Both the position numbers and the translations under genes were made by a program. Below the pieces are notes generated by a model. That model saw nothing but the letters and a program-made list of their open reading frames with translations. It did not search any database and had not been told where the DNA came from. Of a DNA stretch of 24,000 nt, positions 6,094-15,853 are shown one piece after another (the first letter of the stretch is position 1; each line of letters begins with the position of its first letter). Location of the stretch: contig CAILHX010000053.1 of NCBI GenBank assembly GCA_903834185.1, positions 1 to 24,000 on the forward strand, given 5' to 3'. Source of the stretch: an uncultured Methylophilaceae bacterium (GTDB lineage: Bacteria; Pseudomonadota; Gammaproteobacteria; Burkholderiales; Methylophilaceae).

Positions 6094-8807
6094 ACGTCTG
6101 CATTACTTTCCTCTGACTCGATCACCGGCGGCGTGCCTTTAGGCAGCGTGAATACGAAACGCGCCCCTCGCGGCGTTCTGTTCTCGGCGCGTATGCTGCC
6201 GCCATGTGCTTCCACTATGGCCAGGCAGATCGCCAGCCCTAATCCTACTCCCGGTGTGGCACTTTCCTTGTGTCCGCGCTCGAATTTATTGAATAGTTCC
6301 ATTGGCTGAACTGCAGGCAGGCCGGGGCCGTTGTCTGCCACCCAGATGGTGATGTCGTGGTCGCCATTGGTAGCACCTATTTCGATGTCGCTGCCTTTGG
6401 GCGTGTATTTTTCCGCATTCTCCAGCAGGTTGCAAAACACGCGTTCCATCAGCACCGCATCCATTTCCAGCAGGGGCAGGTGTTCCGGCAGGTTCACCGT
6501 GACATGATGTTGCGCCAGACTGGCGCTCATCGCCCGCAGCGAATTCTCCACCACTTCTTCCAGCGGGTGCCACTGGCGGTTGAGGCGTATCTCTCCGGCC
6601 TGCAGCCGCGCCATGTCCAGCAGGTTATTCACCAGCGCCGTCATGCGCAAGGCTTCCGCGCGCATGGTGGCGGCGATCTCCATCTGTTGCCCGGTGGGCG
6701 GCGGCTTGGTCAGGGTCATGGTATCCGCCAGCCCAACCAGTACGCTCAGCGGCGTACGCAGGTCGTGGGAGATGGCGGAGAGCAGGGAGTTGCGTAGCCG
6801 TTCAGACTCCATCTTCACCGTGGTGGATTGCGCGATATCCACGTAATGGATGCGTTCCAAAGCAATCGCAATGAGTCTGGCGAAAGTCTCCAGCAGCCGT
6901 CTTTGTTCCGGCGTCATCACACGTTCTTCATTATTGGTCGCACTGGCTTCCTCGAACGCGAATACGCCGCGCACGCGCATCGGCGCTTTTAACGGCAGAT
7001 ACAGCACGGTGCTGCCGGGCAGGGTGTCGGTGCCGTTACCGGCAGCTTCTTCGTGGTCGAATGCCCATTGCGCGATGCCGTGGTCTATCACCGGCGCTTT
7101 GCTGGTGGCGGCGATAGGCGGCATCAGTTTGTTGTCGAGGTCAGCCAGGATCACCGATGCGGTTGCGCCGAATTGCGACTCGATAAAGCGCCCGCAGATC
7201 TCCGCGATCTGCTCCGGCATCAACGCGCCCGAGAGGTCGCGCGACATCTCGTACAGCGCCCGGAAACGCGTCTCGCGCGTGGTGGCGATGGATGCCTGAT
7301 ATTTCAGCCCGGCGGTAAGCTGCCCGGTGATAAGACCCACTGCCAGCATGATGAAAAAGGTCATCAGGTATTGCACATCGCTGACGGCAAAACTCAACCT
7401 AGGCGGCACGTAGAAAAAATCGAACGCGGCGACACTGAGGAACGATGCCAGCACCGCCGGGCCGCGCCCCAGCCTCACTGCCACGAATACCACCGTCAGC
7501 AGGAACAGCATGACGATGTTGGAAAGCTCGAAGTAGGTATGCAATGGTGCGGCAATGAGGGTGACAACGGCGCAGGCGAGCGCGGCAATGGAGTAGTCTT
7601 GCCAGTCGTTCTCCATGCGCTCGATCTGCCGTTTCAGCAACGGCGGAATGAAGCCGGGGTGGGTATCGTTTTCCCATCTGGGCACCTGAATCACATCCAG
7701 GTCGGGCGCGCGCGCGTCTATCTTTTCGGTGAGCGAGCGCTGGAACAGGAACCATGGACGAGGCTGCTCGCGACCGAGGATGAGGATGGAGAGGTTGTGC
7801 TGGCGCGCATAATCAACGATGGTTTCGCTGATGTCGTTACCAGACAGGCTGGCGGTCTCCGCGCCCATGTCCTGCGCGCCTTTCAGGGTCTTGAGTATCT
7901 GGTTACGTTTGGCCTCGCTCTGCCCCTGCAGTGCCGGGGTTTCGATATAGATCACATGCCAGGGCACGTCCAGCAGTCCGGCAAGGCGCGCGGCGCTGCG
8001 CACGATGCGGTCGGCGCCTGCGCCGGAACCGATGCAGGCCAATATTGACTCCCTTGCTTTCCATACCGAGGTCACCGCTTGGTCGCGGCGGTATTTCTGC
8101 ATCTCCACATCCACGCGGTCGGCGGTGCGGCGCAGCGCCAGCTCACGCAATGCGATCAGATTTCCCTTGCGGAAAAAATTCTGTATCGCGCGCTCGGCCT
8201 GTTGCGGCAGATACACTTTGCCTTCCTTCAGCCGCTGCAGCAGTTCGTCCGGCGGCAGGTCTACCAGTACGATCTCGTCGGCCTGGTCGAACACGCGGTC
8301 GGGAACCGTTTCCCACACGTTGATGCCGGTGATGCCGCTGACGATATCGTTCAGCGTTTCCAGATGCTGCACGTTGACGGTGGAATATACGTCTATGCCA
8401 GCCGCCAGCAGTTCTTCGATATCCTGCCAGCGCTTGGGGTGGCGCGAGCCTGCCACGTTGGAATGCGCCAGCTCATCCACCAGTATCAGTTGCGGGTGCA
8501 GTGCCAGCGCGCGTTCCAGATCGAATTCCTTCAGCACATGGTCGCGGTAGGGCATTTCCTTCAGCGGCAGTTGCTGCAGGCCCTGGGTCATGGCCTCGGT
8601 TTCCTTGCGGCCATGGGTCTCGATCACGCCTATCAGTACCTTGGTACCCTGTTCCTGCAATTGGCGCGCCGCTGCCAGCATGGCGTAAGTCTTGCCTACG
8701 CCTGCAGACGCGCCGAAGAATAACTTAAGCCTGCCGCGCTGCGCTTTGGCCTGGTCGCGCTGAACTTTCTCCAGCAATGCGTCGGGGTCGGGGCGTTGGT
8801 CTGTCAT
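6090..8807 (-). CDS. kdpD: KdpD sensor histidine kinase
   Basis: 905 aa. N-terminal KdpD domain with a P-loop (GASAGVGKTYAM), a four-helix TM block, H-box SHDLRTPLS and ATP-lid motifs DNGPGL / GVGLGLAI. Confidence 0.95.
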   Translation of the reverse strand: MTDQRPDPDALLEKVQRDQAKAQRGRLKLFFGASAGVGKTYAMLAAARQLQEQGTKVLIGVIETHGRKETEAMTQGLQQLPLKEMPYRDHVLKEFDLERALALHPQLILVDELAHSNVAGSRHPKRWQDIEELLAAGIDVYSTVNVQHLETLNDIVSGITGINVWETVPDRVFDQADEIVLVDLPPDELLQRLKEGKVYLPQQAERAIQNFFRKGNLIALRELALRRTADRVDVEMQKYRRDQAVTSVWKARESILACIGSGAGADRIVRSAARLAGLLDVPWHVIYIETPALQGQSEAKRNQILKTLKGAQDMGAETASLSGNDISETIVDYARQHNLSILILGREQPRPWFLFQRSLTEKIDARAPDLDVIQVPRWENDTHPGFIPPLLKRQIERMENDWQDYSIAALACAVVTLIAAPLHTYFELSNIVMLFLLTVVFVAVRLGRGPAVLASFLSVAAFDFFYVPPRLSFAVSDVQYLMTFFIMLAVGLITGQLTAGLKYQASIATTRETRFRALYEMSRDLSGALMPEQIAEICGRFIESQFGATASVILADLDNKLMPPIAATSKAPVIDHGIAQWAFDHEEAAGNGTDTLPGSTVLYLPLKAPMRVRGVFAFEEASATNNEERVMTPEQRRLLETFARLIAIALERIHYVDIAQSTTVKMESERLRNSLLSAISHDLRTPLSVLVGLADTMTLTKPPPTGQQMEIAATMRAEALRMTALVNNLLDMARLQAGEIRLNRQWHPLEEVVENSLRAMSASLAQHHVTVNLPEHLPLLEMDAVLMERVFCNLLENAEKYTPKGSDIEIGATNGDHDITIWVADNGPGLPAVQPMELFNKFERGHKESATPGVGLGLAICLAIVEAHGGSIRAENRTPRGARFVFTLPKGTPPVIESEESNADV

Positions 8808-8828
8808 GCGCCTAGTCTATTCCTTGCC

Positions 8829-9401
8829 TTAATGAATTGCATCCAGTGCCAGATTAAGACTCAGCACATTCACCCGCGCCTCGCCCAATATCCAGAACTT
8901 GCGCGGCTGGGTATTCTGATCCACCAGCTGCTGCACTGTTGCAACAGGCAGTTTGCGCGCAGTGGCGACACGACCCACCTGATAATCTGCCGCTGCCGGG
9001 CTGATGTCCGGGTCCAGCCCGCTGGCAGAGGCGGTCACCAGATCAATCGGCACTGGCTTGCTGTTCGTCGGGTCGGCCTGCCGCAGTGCCGCGATACGTG
9101 CTTTCACGGCATCGCTCAGCGCCGGGTTGACCGGCCCCAGATTGGAACCGCCGGATGCAGTGTCATTGTTGGGGTAGGGTGCCGTGGCGGAAGGTCTGCC
9201 CCAGAAGTATTGCGGGCTGGTGAAGTTCTGGCCTATCAGGCTGGAACCGACAGCTTTACCGTCCTTGTAGATCAGGCTGCCACCGGCTGCATGAGGGAAC
9301 AGCCCTTTGGCGATGCCGAACACCGCCAGCGGGTAGGCGATGCCGGTGATGAGTGACAGCAGCACAAACAGGGTAAGGGCAGGGCGTATGAGTGATTTCA
9401 T
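8829..9401 (-). CDS. kdpC: K+-transporting ATPase subunit KdpC
   Basis: I start it at the internal ATG 9401 ([25 protein letters not shown]...), which has an AAGGAA Shine-Dalgarno sequence. The track's longer ORF would overlap kdpB. Confidence 0.9.
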   Translation of the reverse strand: MKSLIRPALTLFVLLSLITGIAYPLAVFGIAKGLFPHAAGGSLIYKDGKAVGSSLIGQNFTSPQYFWGRPSATAPYPNNDTASGGSNLGPVNPALSDAVKARIAALRQADPTNSKPVPIDLVTASASGLDPDISPAAADYQVGRVATARKLPVATVQQLVDQNTQPRKFWILGEARVNVLSLNLALDAIH

Positions 9402-9429
9402 GATGATTTCCTTTTTTCTATAGTTCCGG

Positions 9430-11538
9430 TCAAACCAGTCCGGCAACAGACAGCGACATATCAATCAGTTTGATGCCGATGAACGGCACCAGTATCCCGC
9501 CCAGCCCGTATACCGCCAGATTGCGGCGCAGCAGCACTGCCGCGCTTTGCGGACGGTAGGGCACGCCTTTCAGCGCCAGCGGGATGAGGAAGATGATGAT
9601 CAGCGCGTTGAAAATGACGGCGGACATGATGGCCGAGGCCGGGCTTGCCAGCCCCATGACGTTAAGCGCGCCCAGTTGCGGGTAGGTGCTGACGAACGCT
9701 GCCGGGATGATGGCGAAATACTTGGCGACGTCGTTGGCGATGCTGAACGTGGTGAGCGAGCCGCGCGTCATCAGCATCTGCTTTCCGGTCTCGACGATCT
9801 CGATCAGTTTGGTGGGGTTGGAATCCAGATCCACCATATTGCCCGCCTCCTTGGCGGCCTGCGTGCCGGTGTTCATTGCCACCGCGACATCGGCCTGTGC
9901 TAGTGCCGGGGCGTCGTTGGTACCGTCTCCGGTCATCGCCACCAGACGGCCTTCGGATTGGTGCTGGCGTATCAGCGCCAGCTTGGCTTCGGGCGTGGCT
10001 TCAGCCAGAAAGTCGTCCACCCCGGCTTCGGCGGCGATGGCGGCAGCGGTGAGGCGGTTATCGCCGGTCACCATCACGGTTTTGATGCCCATGCGCCGTA
10101 GTTCGGCAAAGCGTTCCTTGATGCCGCCCTTGACGATGTCCTTCAGCTCGATCACGCCCAGTACGCGCGTGCCGTCGGCGACCACCAAAGGCGTGCTGCC
10201 CCGCCGTGCGGTGTCGTCCACGATCTGTTCCACCTGTTTGGGGAAGGTGCCGCCCAGCGACTCGATGTGTTTGCGTATCGAGTCTGCCGCGCCTTTGCGT
10301 ATCTGCCTTGCCTTTTGATCAACTTCGACCAAGTCAACGCCGCTCATGCGCGTGTGCGCCGAAAAATGGATGAAGGTGGCACCGAGTGCTTTGATATCGC
10401 GTTCGCGCAGGTTGAATTTCTGCTTGGCCAGCACCACGATGCTGCGTCCCTCCGGCGTTTCGTCGGCCAGCGAAGACAGTTGCGCGGCATCGCCCAGTTC
10501 GGCTTCATTCACTCCCTGCGCAGGGATGAACGCGGCGGCCTGACGGTTGCCCAGGGTGATGGTGCCGGTCTTGTCCAGCAGCAGCACATCCACGTCACCT
10601 GCGGCTTCCACCGCACGCCCGGAAGTGGCGATGACATTGGCCTGCATCATGCGGCTCATGCCTGCCACGCCAATGGCGGAAAGCAGCCCGGCAATGGTGG
10701 TGGGGATCAGGCAGACCAGCAGCGCGATGAGCGTGGTGATATTCACAGGCGTGCCACTGCCGGAACTGTTGACGCTGAAGATGGAGAACGGCAGCAGGGT
10801 GACGGTCACCACCAGGAACACGATGGTTAACGCCACCAGCAGGATGGTCAGTGCGATCTCGTTCGGTGTCTTCTGGCGCTTGGCGTTCTCCACCATGGCG
10901 ATCATGCGGTCAACAAAGGTTTCGCCCGGATTGACGCTGATGCGCACCATGATCCAGTCCGACAGTACGCGCGTGCCGCCGGTGACGGCAGAGAAGTCGC
11001 CGCCGGATTCGCGTATCACGGGTGCGGATTCTCCGGTGATGGCTGATTCGTCCACACTGGCGACACCGCCGATCACATCGCCGTCGGCAGGGATGAATTC
11101 TCCTGCATCCACCAGCACCACGTCTCCTTTGCGCAACTCGGTGGCCTGTAAGGTATGCCACTCGGTGGCGCTCCATTCTGCGCCTGCTTTGGGGGGATGC
11201 AGTTTTTTCGCCCATGTCTCTTTCTTCAGGCTGCGCAGCGAGGCGGCCTGGGCCTTGCCGCGTCCTTCTGCCAGTGCTTCGGCGAAATTGGCGAACAGCA
11301 CCGTGAACCACAGCCACAGCGACACTCCCAGTATGAAGCCGGCACGTGCTTCGCCATGGCCGGATCCGAATAGACCCAATGCCTGCAACCATAACAATGA
11401 AGTGAGGATGCTGCCCACGTACACCACGAACATCACCGGGTTGCGCCATTGCACTTTGGGCGCGAGTTTTTTGAATGATTCGATGATGGCTGGTTTGATC
11501 AGTTCTGCATCGAACAGGCTGAAAGTTTTGCGTGACAT
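9430..11538 (-). CDS. kdpB: K+-transporting P-type ATPase subunit KdpB
   Basis: I start it at ATG 11538 ([18 protein letters not shown]...) with an AAGGAGA Shine-Dalgarno sequence. P-type motifs DKTGTIT, TGDN and GDGTNDAP are present. Confidence 0.95.
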   Translation of the reverse strand: MSRKTFSLFDAELIKPAIIESFKKLAPKVQWRNPVMFVVYVGSILTSLLWLQALGLFGSGHGEARAGFILGVSLWLWFTVLFANFAEALAEGRGKAQAASLRSLKKETWAKKLHPPKAGAEWSATEWHTLQATELRKGDVVLVDAGEFIPADGDVIGGVASVDESAITGESAPVIRESGGDFSAVTGGTRVLSDWIMVRISVNPGETFVDRMIAMVENAKRQKTPNEIALTILLVALTIVFLVVTVTLLPFSIFSVNSSGSGTPVNITTLIALLVCLIPTTIAGLLSAIGVAGMSRMMQANVIATSGRAVEAAGDVDVLLLDKTGTITLGNRQAAAFIPAQGVNEAELGDAAQLSSLADETPEGRSIVVLAKQKFNLRERDIKALGATFIHFSAHTRMSGVDLVEVDQKARQIRKGAADSIRKHIESLGGTFPKQVEQIVDDTARRGSTPLVVADGTRVLGVIELKDIVKGGIKERFAELRRMGIKTVMVTGDNRLTAAAIAAEAGVDDFLAEATPEAKLALIRQHQSEGRLVAMTGDGTNDAPALAQADVAVAMNTGTQAAKEAGNMVDLDSNPTKLIEIVETGKQMLMTRGSLTTFSIANDVAKYFAIIPAAFVSTYPQLGALNVMGLASPASAIMSAVIFNALIIIFLIPLALKGVPYRPQSAAVLLRRNLAVYGLGGILVPFIGIKLIDMSLSVAGLV

Positions 11539-11551
11539 GCTTAAATTCTCC

Positions 11552-13348
11552 TTAATGGCCTGACCACAACATAAAGTGCTCAACCACGGGGCCCAGTGCC
11601 AGCGCCGGAACGTAATTGAGCAGCCCGACCAGCAACACCACACCGATCAGCAGCGCGACGAACAGCGGGCCGTGGGCGGGCATGGTGCCTGCGGTGACGG
11701 TGATGCGTTTCTTGGCAGCGAGCGAACCCGCCAGCGCCAGCACGGGAACGATGACGCCGAAGCGCCCGAACCACATGCCGACCGCCAGCAGTACGTTGTA
11801 GAACGGGGTATTGGCAGACAAGCCGGCGAACGCGCTGCCGTTGTTATTGGCGACCGAAGTCATGGCGTAGAGTATTTCCGAATAGCCATGTGCGCCGGGG
11901 TTGGCGATACCAGCGCGGCCTGCCTCGGTCATCACCGCCACGGCAGTGCCTGCCAGCACCAGTAACGGCGTCACCAGAATCGCGATGGACACCATCTTCA
12001 TGTCGAAAGCTTCGATCTTCTTGCCCAGATATTCCGGGGTGCGGCCTATCATCAGCCCGGCGATGAATACCGCCATCACCGCGAACACCAGCATGCCGTA
12101 CAGCCCGCTACCCACGCCGCCGAACACAACCTCGCCCAGTTGCATGGAGGCGATGGGGATGAGGCCGCCCAGCGGGGTGAACGAGTCGTGCATGGCATTC
12201 ACCGCGCCGCACGAGGCCAGCGTGGTGATGGTGGCGAACAGACCGGAATCGGCGATGCCGAAACGCGTTTCCTTGCCTTCCATATTGCCGCCGGGTTGTA
12301 GCGCAGTTAAGGTCTGGTCTGCTCCCAGTGCGGTGAGGTGCGGGTTGCCCTGCTGCTCGAACGTCATCGCGCCGATGGCGAACACCAGGAAAATCAGCGA
12401 CATGGCGGCGAACACTGTCCAGCCCTGGCGCGTATCGCCCACCATACGCCCGAAGGTGATGCATAGCCCGGCCGGGATCAGGAAGATGGAAAGCATCTGC
12501 AGGAAATTGGTCAGCGCATTCGGGTTCTCGTACGGGTGTGCCGAATTGGCATTGAAGAAGCCGCCGCCGTTGGTGCCTATCATCTTGATGGCTTCCTGCG
12601 ATGCCACCGGCCCCATGGGCAGGGTCTGCGTCTGTGTGGTGGCAGGCTCGGTGATTGCGTTGCCTTTGGCGTCCTTGAGCGGCTGGCCTGCGGCATCCAG
12701 TTTCGGATTGTCGTATTTGGTGGCTTCTACCGTGGTCACGCTCTTGTAGGCATCAAAATTCTGGATCACGCCCTGGCTGGAGAGGAATACCGCGAACACC
12801 ATGGAAAGCGGCAGCAGGATATACAGCGTGCAACGGGTCAGGTCTACCCACGCGTTACCTATAGTGCTGGCGGTGTGGCGCAGAAAGCCGCGTATGAACG
12901 CGATCACCACCACGATGCCGGTGGCGGCGGAGAAGAAATTCTGCACGGTGAGGCCGAGCATCTGCGTCAGGTAGCTCATGGTGGATTCGCCGGAATAGCC
13001 CTGCCAGTTGGTATTGGTGACAAAGCTGATGGCAGTGTTGAACGATGAATCCGGGGTGACGTTGCTCATCTGCTGCGGGTTGAGCGGCAACCACAGTTGC
13101 AGGCGTTGCAGCGCATATACGGCAAGTGCGCCCAGCGCGTTGAAAATCAGTATCGCCAGCGCATATTTCAGCCAGCCCATCTCTTCGCTTTGCTTGATGC
13201 CGCACACCCGGTACAGGGCGTTCTCCAGGCCGCGCGCGAATTTCAGTTTTCCATCCATCACGTGGGCGATGTAAATGCCGCAGGGTTTGGCGAGCAGCAG
13301 CAGGATCAGGAAGTAGACTGCAAGCAGTATCCAGGCGTGGTTGGTCAT
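11552..13348 (-). CDS. kdpA: K+-transporting ATPase subunit KdpA
   Basis: 598 aa and polytopic, with a typical KdpA N-terminus and selectivity-filter-like repeats (NTNWQ, GTNGGG). Its start overlaps the kdpF stop (ATGA). Confidence 0.95.
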   Translation of the reverse strand: MTNHAWILLAVYFLILLLLAKPCGIYIAHVMDGKLKFARGLENALYRVCGIKQSEEMGWLKYALAILIFNALGALAVYALQRLQLWLPLNPQQMSNVTPDSSFNTAISFVTNTNWQGYSGESTMSYLTQMLGLTVQNFFSAATGIVVVIAFIRGFLRHTASTIGNAWVDLTRCTLYILLPLSMVFAVFLSSQGVIQNFDAYKSVTTVEATKYDNPKLDAAGQPLKDAKGNAITEPATTQTQTLPMGPVASQEAIKMIGTNGGGFFNANSAHPYENPNALTNFLQMLSIFLIPAGLCITFGRMVGDTRQGWTVFAAMSLIFLVFAIGAMTFEQQGNPHLTALGADQTLTALQPGGNMEGKETRFGIADSGLFATITTLASCGAVNAMHDSFTPLGGLIPIASMQLGEVVFGGVGSGLYGMLVFAVMAVFIAGLMIGRTPEYLGKKIEAFDMKMVSIAILVTPLLVLAGTAVAVMTEAGRAGIANPGAHGYSEILYAMTSVANNNGSAFAGLSANTPFYNVLLAVGMWFGRFGVIVPVLALAGSLAAKKRITVTAGTMPAHGPLFVALLIGVVLLVGLLNYVPALALGPVVEHFMLWSGH

Positions 13349-13437
13349 GAAAAGTCCTCCGGATAGAACAGCGCCGCGATCAGATAAACCAGTAGCGCCA
13401 CGGCGACGATGCTGCTGATGAGAGTGAGCCCGCTCAT
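13345..13437 (-). CDS. kdpF: KdpF small subunit
   Basis: 30-aa single-TM peptide [30 protein letters not shown], the canonical KdpF shape ending in the P-E-x-F motif. GGAGGA Shine-Dalgarno 6 nt upstream. The track's 74-aa ORF is an upstream read-through of this frame. Confidence 0.8.
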   Translation of the reverse strand: MSGLTLISSIVAVALLVYLIAALFYPEDFS

Positions 13438-13538
13438 TTCAGTCCTCCCCGCCCATTGCATAACCTTGCACAACCGTAACTCATGGCGACCAGCAGCATG
13501 AAAAACAGCAGGATGCCGGCGAGAAAGATAATGTCCAT
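13434..13538 (-). CDS. Unlisted 34-codon hydrophobic small ORF coupled to kdpF
   Basis: My manual translation gives [40 protein letters not shown] lies 8 nt upstream of its ATG, and its TGA overlaps the kdpF ATG (ATGA). It contains one predicted TM helix. It is too short for the ORF track. Confidence 0.4.
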   Translation of the reverse strand: MDIIFLAGILLFFMLLVAMSYGCARLCNGRGGLK

Positions 13539-13616
13539 TGGGTAAACCTCTCGTAAAATGACCGTGCAATGTTAGGCGCAGCCGTTACAAGGATTTCTAA
13601 AATGTGTGGGGGAATG

Positions 13617-13633
13617 CATAAAAAATATATAAA
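13617..13633 (-). promoter_or_regulatory. Candidate KdpE operator (direct repeats TTTATA-N5-TTTATG)
   Basis: The minus strand reads TTTATAtatttTTTATG. As I recall it, the E. coli kdpFABC operator has the same 6-5-6 architecture (TTTATA-N5-TTTACA). A possible -10, TAACAT, at 13574-13569 puts the box centre near -60. Confidence 0.4.
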
Positions 13634-13694
13634 CGCGGCATGTCGTTTTGTAGCAATATATTTCGGTGTTCCAATTCGGGTGATCGGTTACCAC

Positions 13695-14207
13695 ATGCCA
13701 GTGCAGACATTGTTGAAAACGGCAGTAGCGATGACTGCGCTGCTGTGTCTTGCTCTGTTTTTGCCGCAGGCCGAGGCCGCTTCTTCTGCCTTTATCACCC
13801 AGGTTAAGGCGCAACGCCCGGATGTGAAGTGGGATGCAGACTCGCAGATCGTGGAAGACTTCAATGGCGACGGCAAGCTGGATTTTGCATTGCTGGGGTA
13901 TGGCAAAGACAATGTCAGCAAAGACCTGGCGGTCGTCGCTGTCTGGCTCGAAAAGCCCGGCAAAAAAACGGACATTCAATACCTGGTGTTCGGCATCGAA
14001 GCCGGACGGCAGGATGCGGTGTGTGCGATGCCGGTGAAGCTCAGCAGCGAGAAATTCGATTGCACCAACTCAGATTCCAATCAAAGACTGCCGGGCTGCC
14101 GCAAATCAAAACACGCCCGCGGCCTGAATTTGCGCGGCGGCGATTGCGATGCCATACATCTGTACCTGAATCACATATCGCAGGAGATGAGCTGGTGGCG
14201 TAACTGA
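13695..14207 (+). CDS. Exported hypothetical protein with an FG-GAP/VCBS-like DxNxDGxxD loop
   Basis: I start it at ATG 13695, which gives the signal peptide MPVQTLLKTAVAMTALLCLALFLPQAEA. Contains the motif DFNGDGKLDFALLG, and the mature part has four Cys. Confidence 0.6.
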   Translation: MPVQTLLKTAVAMTALLCLALFLPQAEAASSAFITQVKAQRPDVKWDADSQIVEDFNGDGKLDFALLGYGKDNVSKDLAVVAVWLEKPGKKTDIQYLVFGIEAGRQDAVCAMPVKLSSEKFDCTNSDSNQRLPGCRKSKHARGLNLRGGDCDAIHLYLNHISQEMSWWRN

Positions 14208-14255
14208 GTGATACGATTATTCAGAAATATGCTGTTCTGTTCATTCACAACATAC

Positions 14256-14287
14256 GGCGCACTGCAAGCGAGTGCGCCCTACGAGCT
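14256..14287. repeat. REP-like structured repeat, copy 2
   Basis: GGCGCACT-GCAAGCG-AGTGCGCC followed by CTACGAGCT. The loop and tail match the 4497-4527 element. It lies between two convergent genes. Confidence 0.5.
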
Positions 14288-14306
14288 ACCCATAACGGGG
14301 ATTCAA

Positions 14307-14498
14307 CTACTGATTTAACGGAGGCTCGTCATTCTCTTCTTTTGAAGGGGTCTTGTATTGCCAATGCAAAATCAGGGTAGAGACTAAAAATGCGACCGGC
14401 AACCATTTCTGGACGATACCGAACAGGGCGCAAATCACCAGAATAAGCGTCAGCAGATAACCACGTTGATACATGGTGCGTAAGACTTCCTTCTTCAT
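14307..14498 (-). CDS. Small two-TM membrane protein, hypothetical
   Basis: I start it at ATG 14498 (MKKEVLRTMYQRGYLL...) with an AGGAGA Shine-Dalgarno 8 nt upstream. It has two hydrophobic helices and an acidic tail. The sequence is A+T-rich. Confidence 0.5.
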   Translation of the reverse strand: MKKEVLRTMYQRGYLLTLILVICALFGIVQKWLPVAFLVSTLILHWQYKTPSKEENDEPPLNQ

Positions 14499-14630
14499 GA
14501 TCGTAATTCTCCTGTTAGCGTCCGTCTTTTGAATCATTCAAAGACGTTGGGTACCCATCATGCCAAAGGTCAGAAACCGACCCAAGTAGACTTTCAAGAA
14601 CAATGGAATCGTTGATAATTGCCAATGACA

Positions 14631-15179
14631 TTATTGAGAACTATCGGTACAAAGTCCGTATCGGATTTCCGTCAGGTATTGAAGATAGTCCCCTTTTTTG
14701 GAGCACGCTGGTGGTTTATTAGATAAGTTATTAATTAGTTCTTCAGTAGTTACGATTCTTTGCTTGCCGCTCAAAGGTTGATAAACAAGAAGAGATACAA
14801 CGTGCCCATCTTTCACTTTGAACGCATAAAACGTTTGCGATACTCCAGCCCCACCTTGTAGGTATTCAATAAACCAAACATCACTGACATTTCCTGCGTA
14901 TTGCATTTTCTTGCAAGGTAAGCCCCCTAAACCCACACTGCAACCGGAATTATACTTTTCCTCAGGATCTGCGATCCCTGGACAATCTTTCTCTTCATTT
15001 GATAAGTGCTCGAATATTGCAATTGGAAGATCTTTTGCACTATTCAATGGCTGGAAATCTCCAACAACTTTCACTATTCCCTCGTTACGACGAGGCATCT
15101 GTTCTGCATCACTAATACTAAATACAGGTGCTAACAAAACAAAGATCAAGAGTTGCAATAGTTTCGGTCGATCGCTCAC
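14631..15179 (-). CDS. Exported hypothetical protein (five Cys)
   Basis: GTG start. Signal-peptide-like N-terminus MSDRPKLLQLLIFVLLAPVFSIS. I recognise no family. The gene is visibly A+T-rich relative to its neighbours. Confidence 0.55.
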   Translation of the reverse strand: MSDRPKLLQLLIFVLLAPVFSISDAEQMPRRNEGIVKVVGDFQPLNSAKDLPIAIFEHLSNEEKDCPGIADPEEKYNSGCSVGLGGLPCKKMQYAGNVSDVWFIEYLQGGAGVSQTFYAFKVKDGHVVSLLVYQPLSGKQRIVTTEELINNLSNKPPACSKKGDYLQYLTEIRYGLCTDSSQ

Positions 15180-15253
15180 TCTTGTTCCGCCTCGTGAATG
15201 TTAACGTTTAATTAAGGAGCAGACTTTTCGCTTATTCTAGATTTTGACTATAT

Positions 15254-15688
15254 TCACTCTTTTTGAACGTCTGCTTTTACCGGAAGGCTGATTTTGCGGA
15301 TTTCCTGTTTGCCAAGCTTGTCTTTCAAGGTCAGCGATATTTCTATTTTGTCGCCTGCCTTAAGCGGTTTTTTCAGGCCCAGCAACATCAAGTGCAAGCC
15401 GGTTGGTTCAAGCTTGACAGGTTTGCCTGCGGGTATCGGCAAGCTATCCAGCATCCTCATTTTCATGATGCCATTATCCATGGTCATGCTGTGAATTTCT
15501 ACGCTGGTTGAAACCGGGGATGTCGCTGAAACCAATGTTGCATCGCTGGTGCTGTTCAGCGTCATATAGGCAGCGCCTACGTCCTGCCCTGCAACTGTTG
15601 CACGTGCCCAGCTGTCAGTAATGCCAACTCCTGCCTGTGCTGCCAGACTCCAAGCGACGAGAACCAGAGAAATTGCCAAATTATGCAT
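15254..15688 (-). CDS. PCu(A)C periplasmic Cu(I) chaperone (DUF461)
   Basis: I start it at ATG 15688 (MHNLAISLVLVAWSLAAQA signal peptide, GGAG Shine-Dalgarno). The Cu(I) motif H-X10-M-X21-H-X-M is exactly present: IHSMTMDNGIMKM...(21 residues)...HLM. Confidence 0.9.
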   Translation of the reverse strand: MHNLAISLVLVAWSLAAQAGVGITDSWARATVAGQDVGAAYMTLNSTSDATLVSATSPVSTSVEIHSMTMDNGIMKMRMLDSLPIPAGKPVKLEPTGLHLMLLGLKKPLKAGDKIEISLTLKDKLGKQEIRKISLPVKADVQKE

Positions 15689-15788
15689 GATAAAACTCCA
15701 AAAGTAAAAAATGTCGTTGTCCGGAGATAAGATATATCTCGCTAGCGGGTAAGCGTTGAGCATATGCCAAACAAACAGCCCGCGGAAT

Positions 15789-15803
15789 GCGACACAACGC
15801 CGC
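15789..15803. promoter_or_regulatory. Candidate RegA/PrrA-type box 1 (GCGAC-N5-GCCGC)
   Basis: tGCGACacaacGCCGCa lies in the PCu(A)C-regB divergent intergenic region. It fits the GCGNC-N5-GNCGC half-site pattern I recall for RegA/PrrA. Confidence 0.4.
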
Positions 15804-15853
15804 ACCGGATTATGCGGTTTTGCCCTCGATGTGTAGAGAGCGACGATTGCCGC

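Noticed and set aside
9402-11643. N-terminal extensions offered by the ORF track: kdpC to 9464 and kdpB to 11643. The same applies to yqjE to 1071, kdpF frame to 13569, the exported protein from 13569, PCu(A)C to 15901 and tonB to 19668.
   Set aside because: Each extension overlaps the preceding gene or adds non-homologous residues ahead of a canonical N-terminus or signal peptide that has its own Shine-Dalgarno sequence. I used the internal starts instead.
7053-12749. Long ORFs antisense to kdpD (7053-8048, 331 aa), kdpB (9686-10318 and 10547-11563) and kdpA (11901-12749)
   Set aside because: They lie entirely inside strongly supported kdp genes on the opposite strand. Their products are low-complexity Arg/Ala/Ser/Pro-rich sequences with no recognisable motifs. 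This is typical of shadow ORFs in G+C-rich coding DNA.
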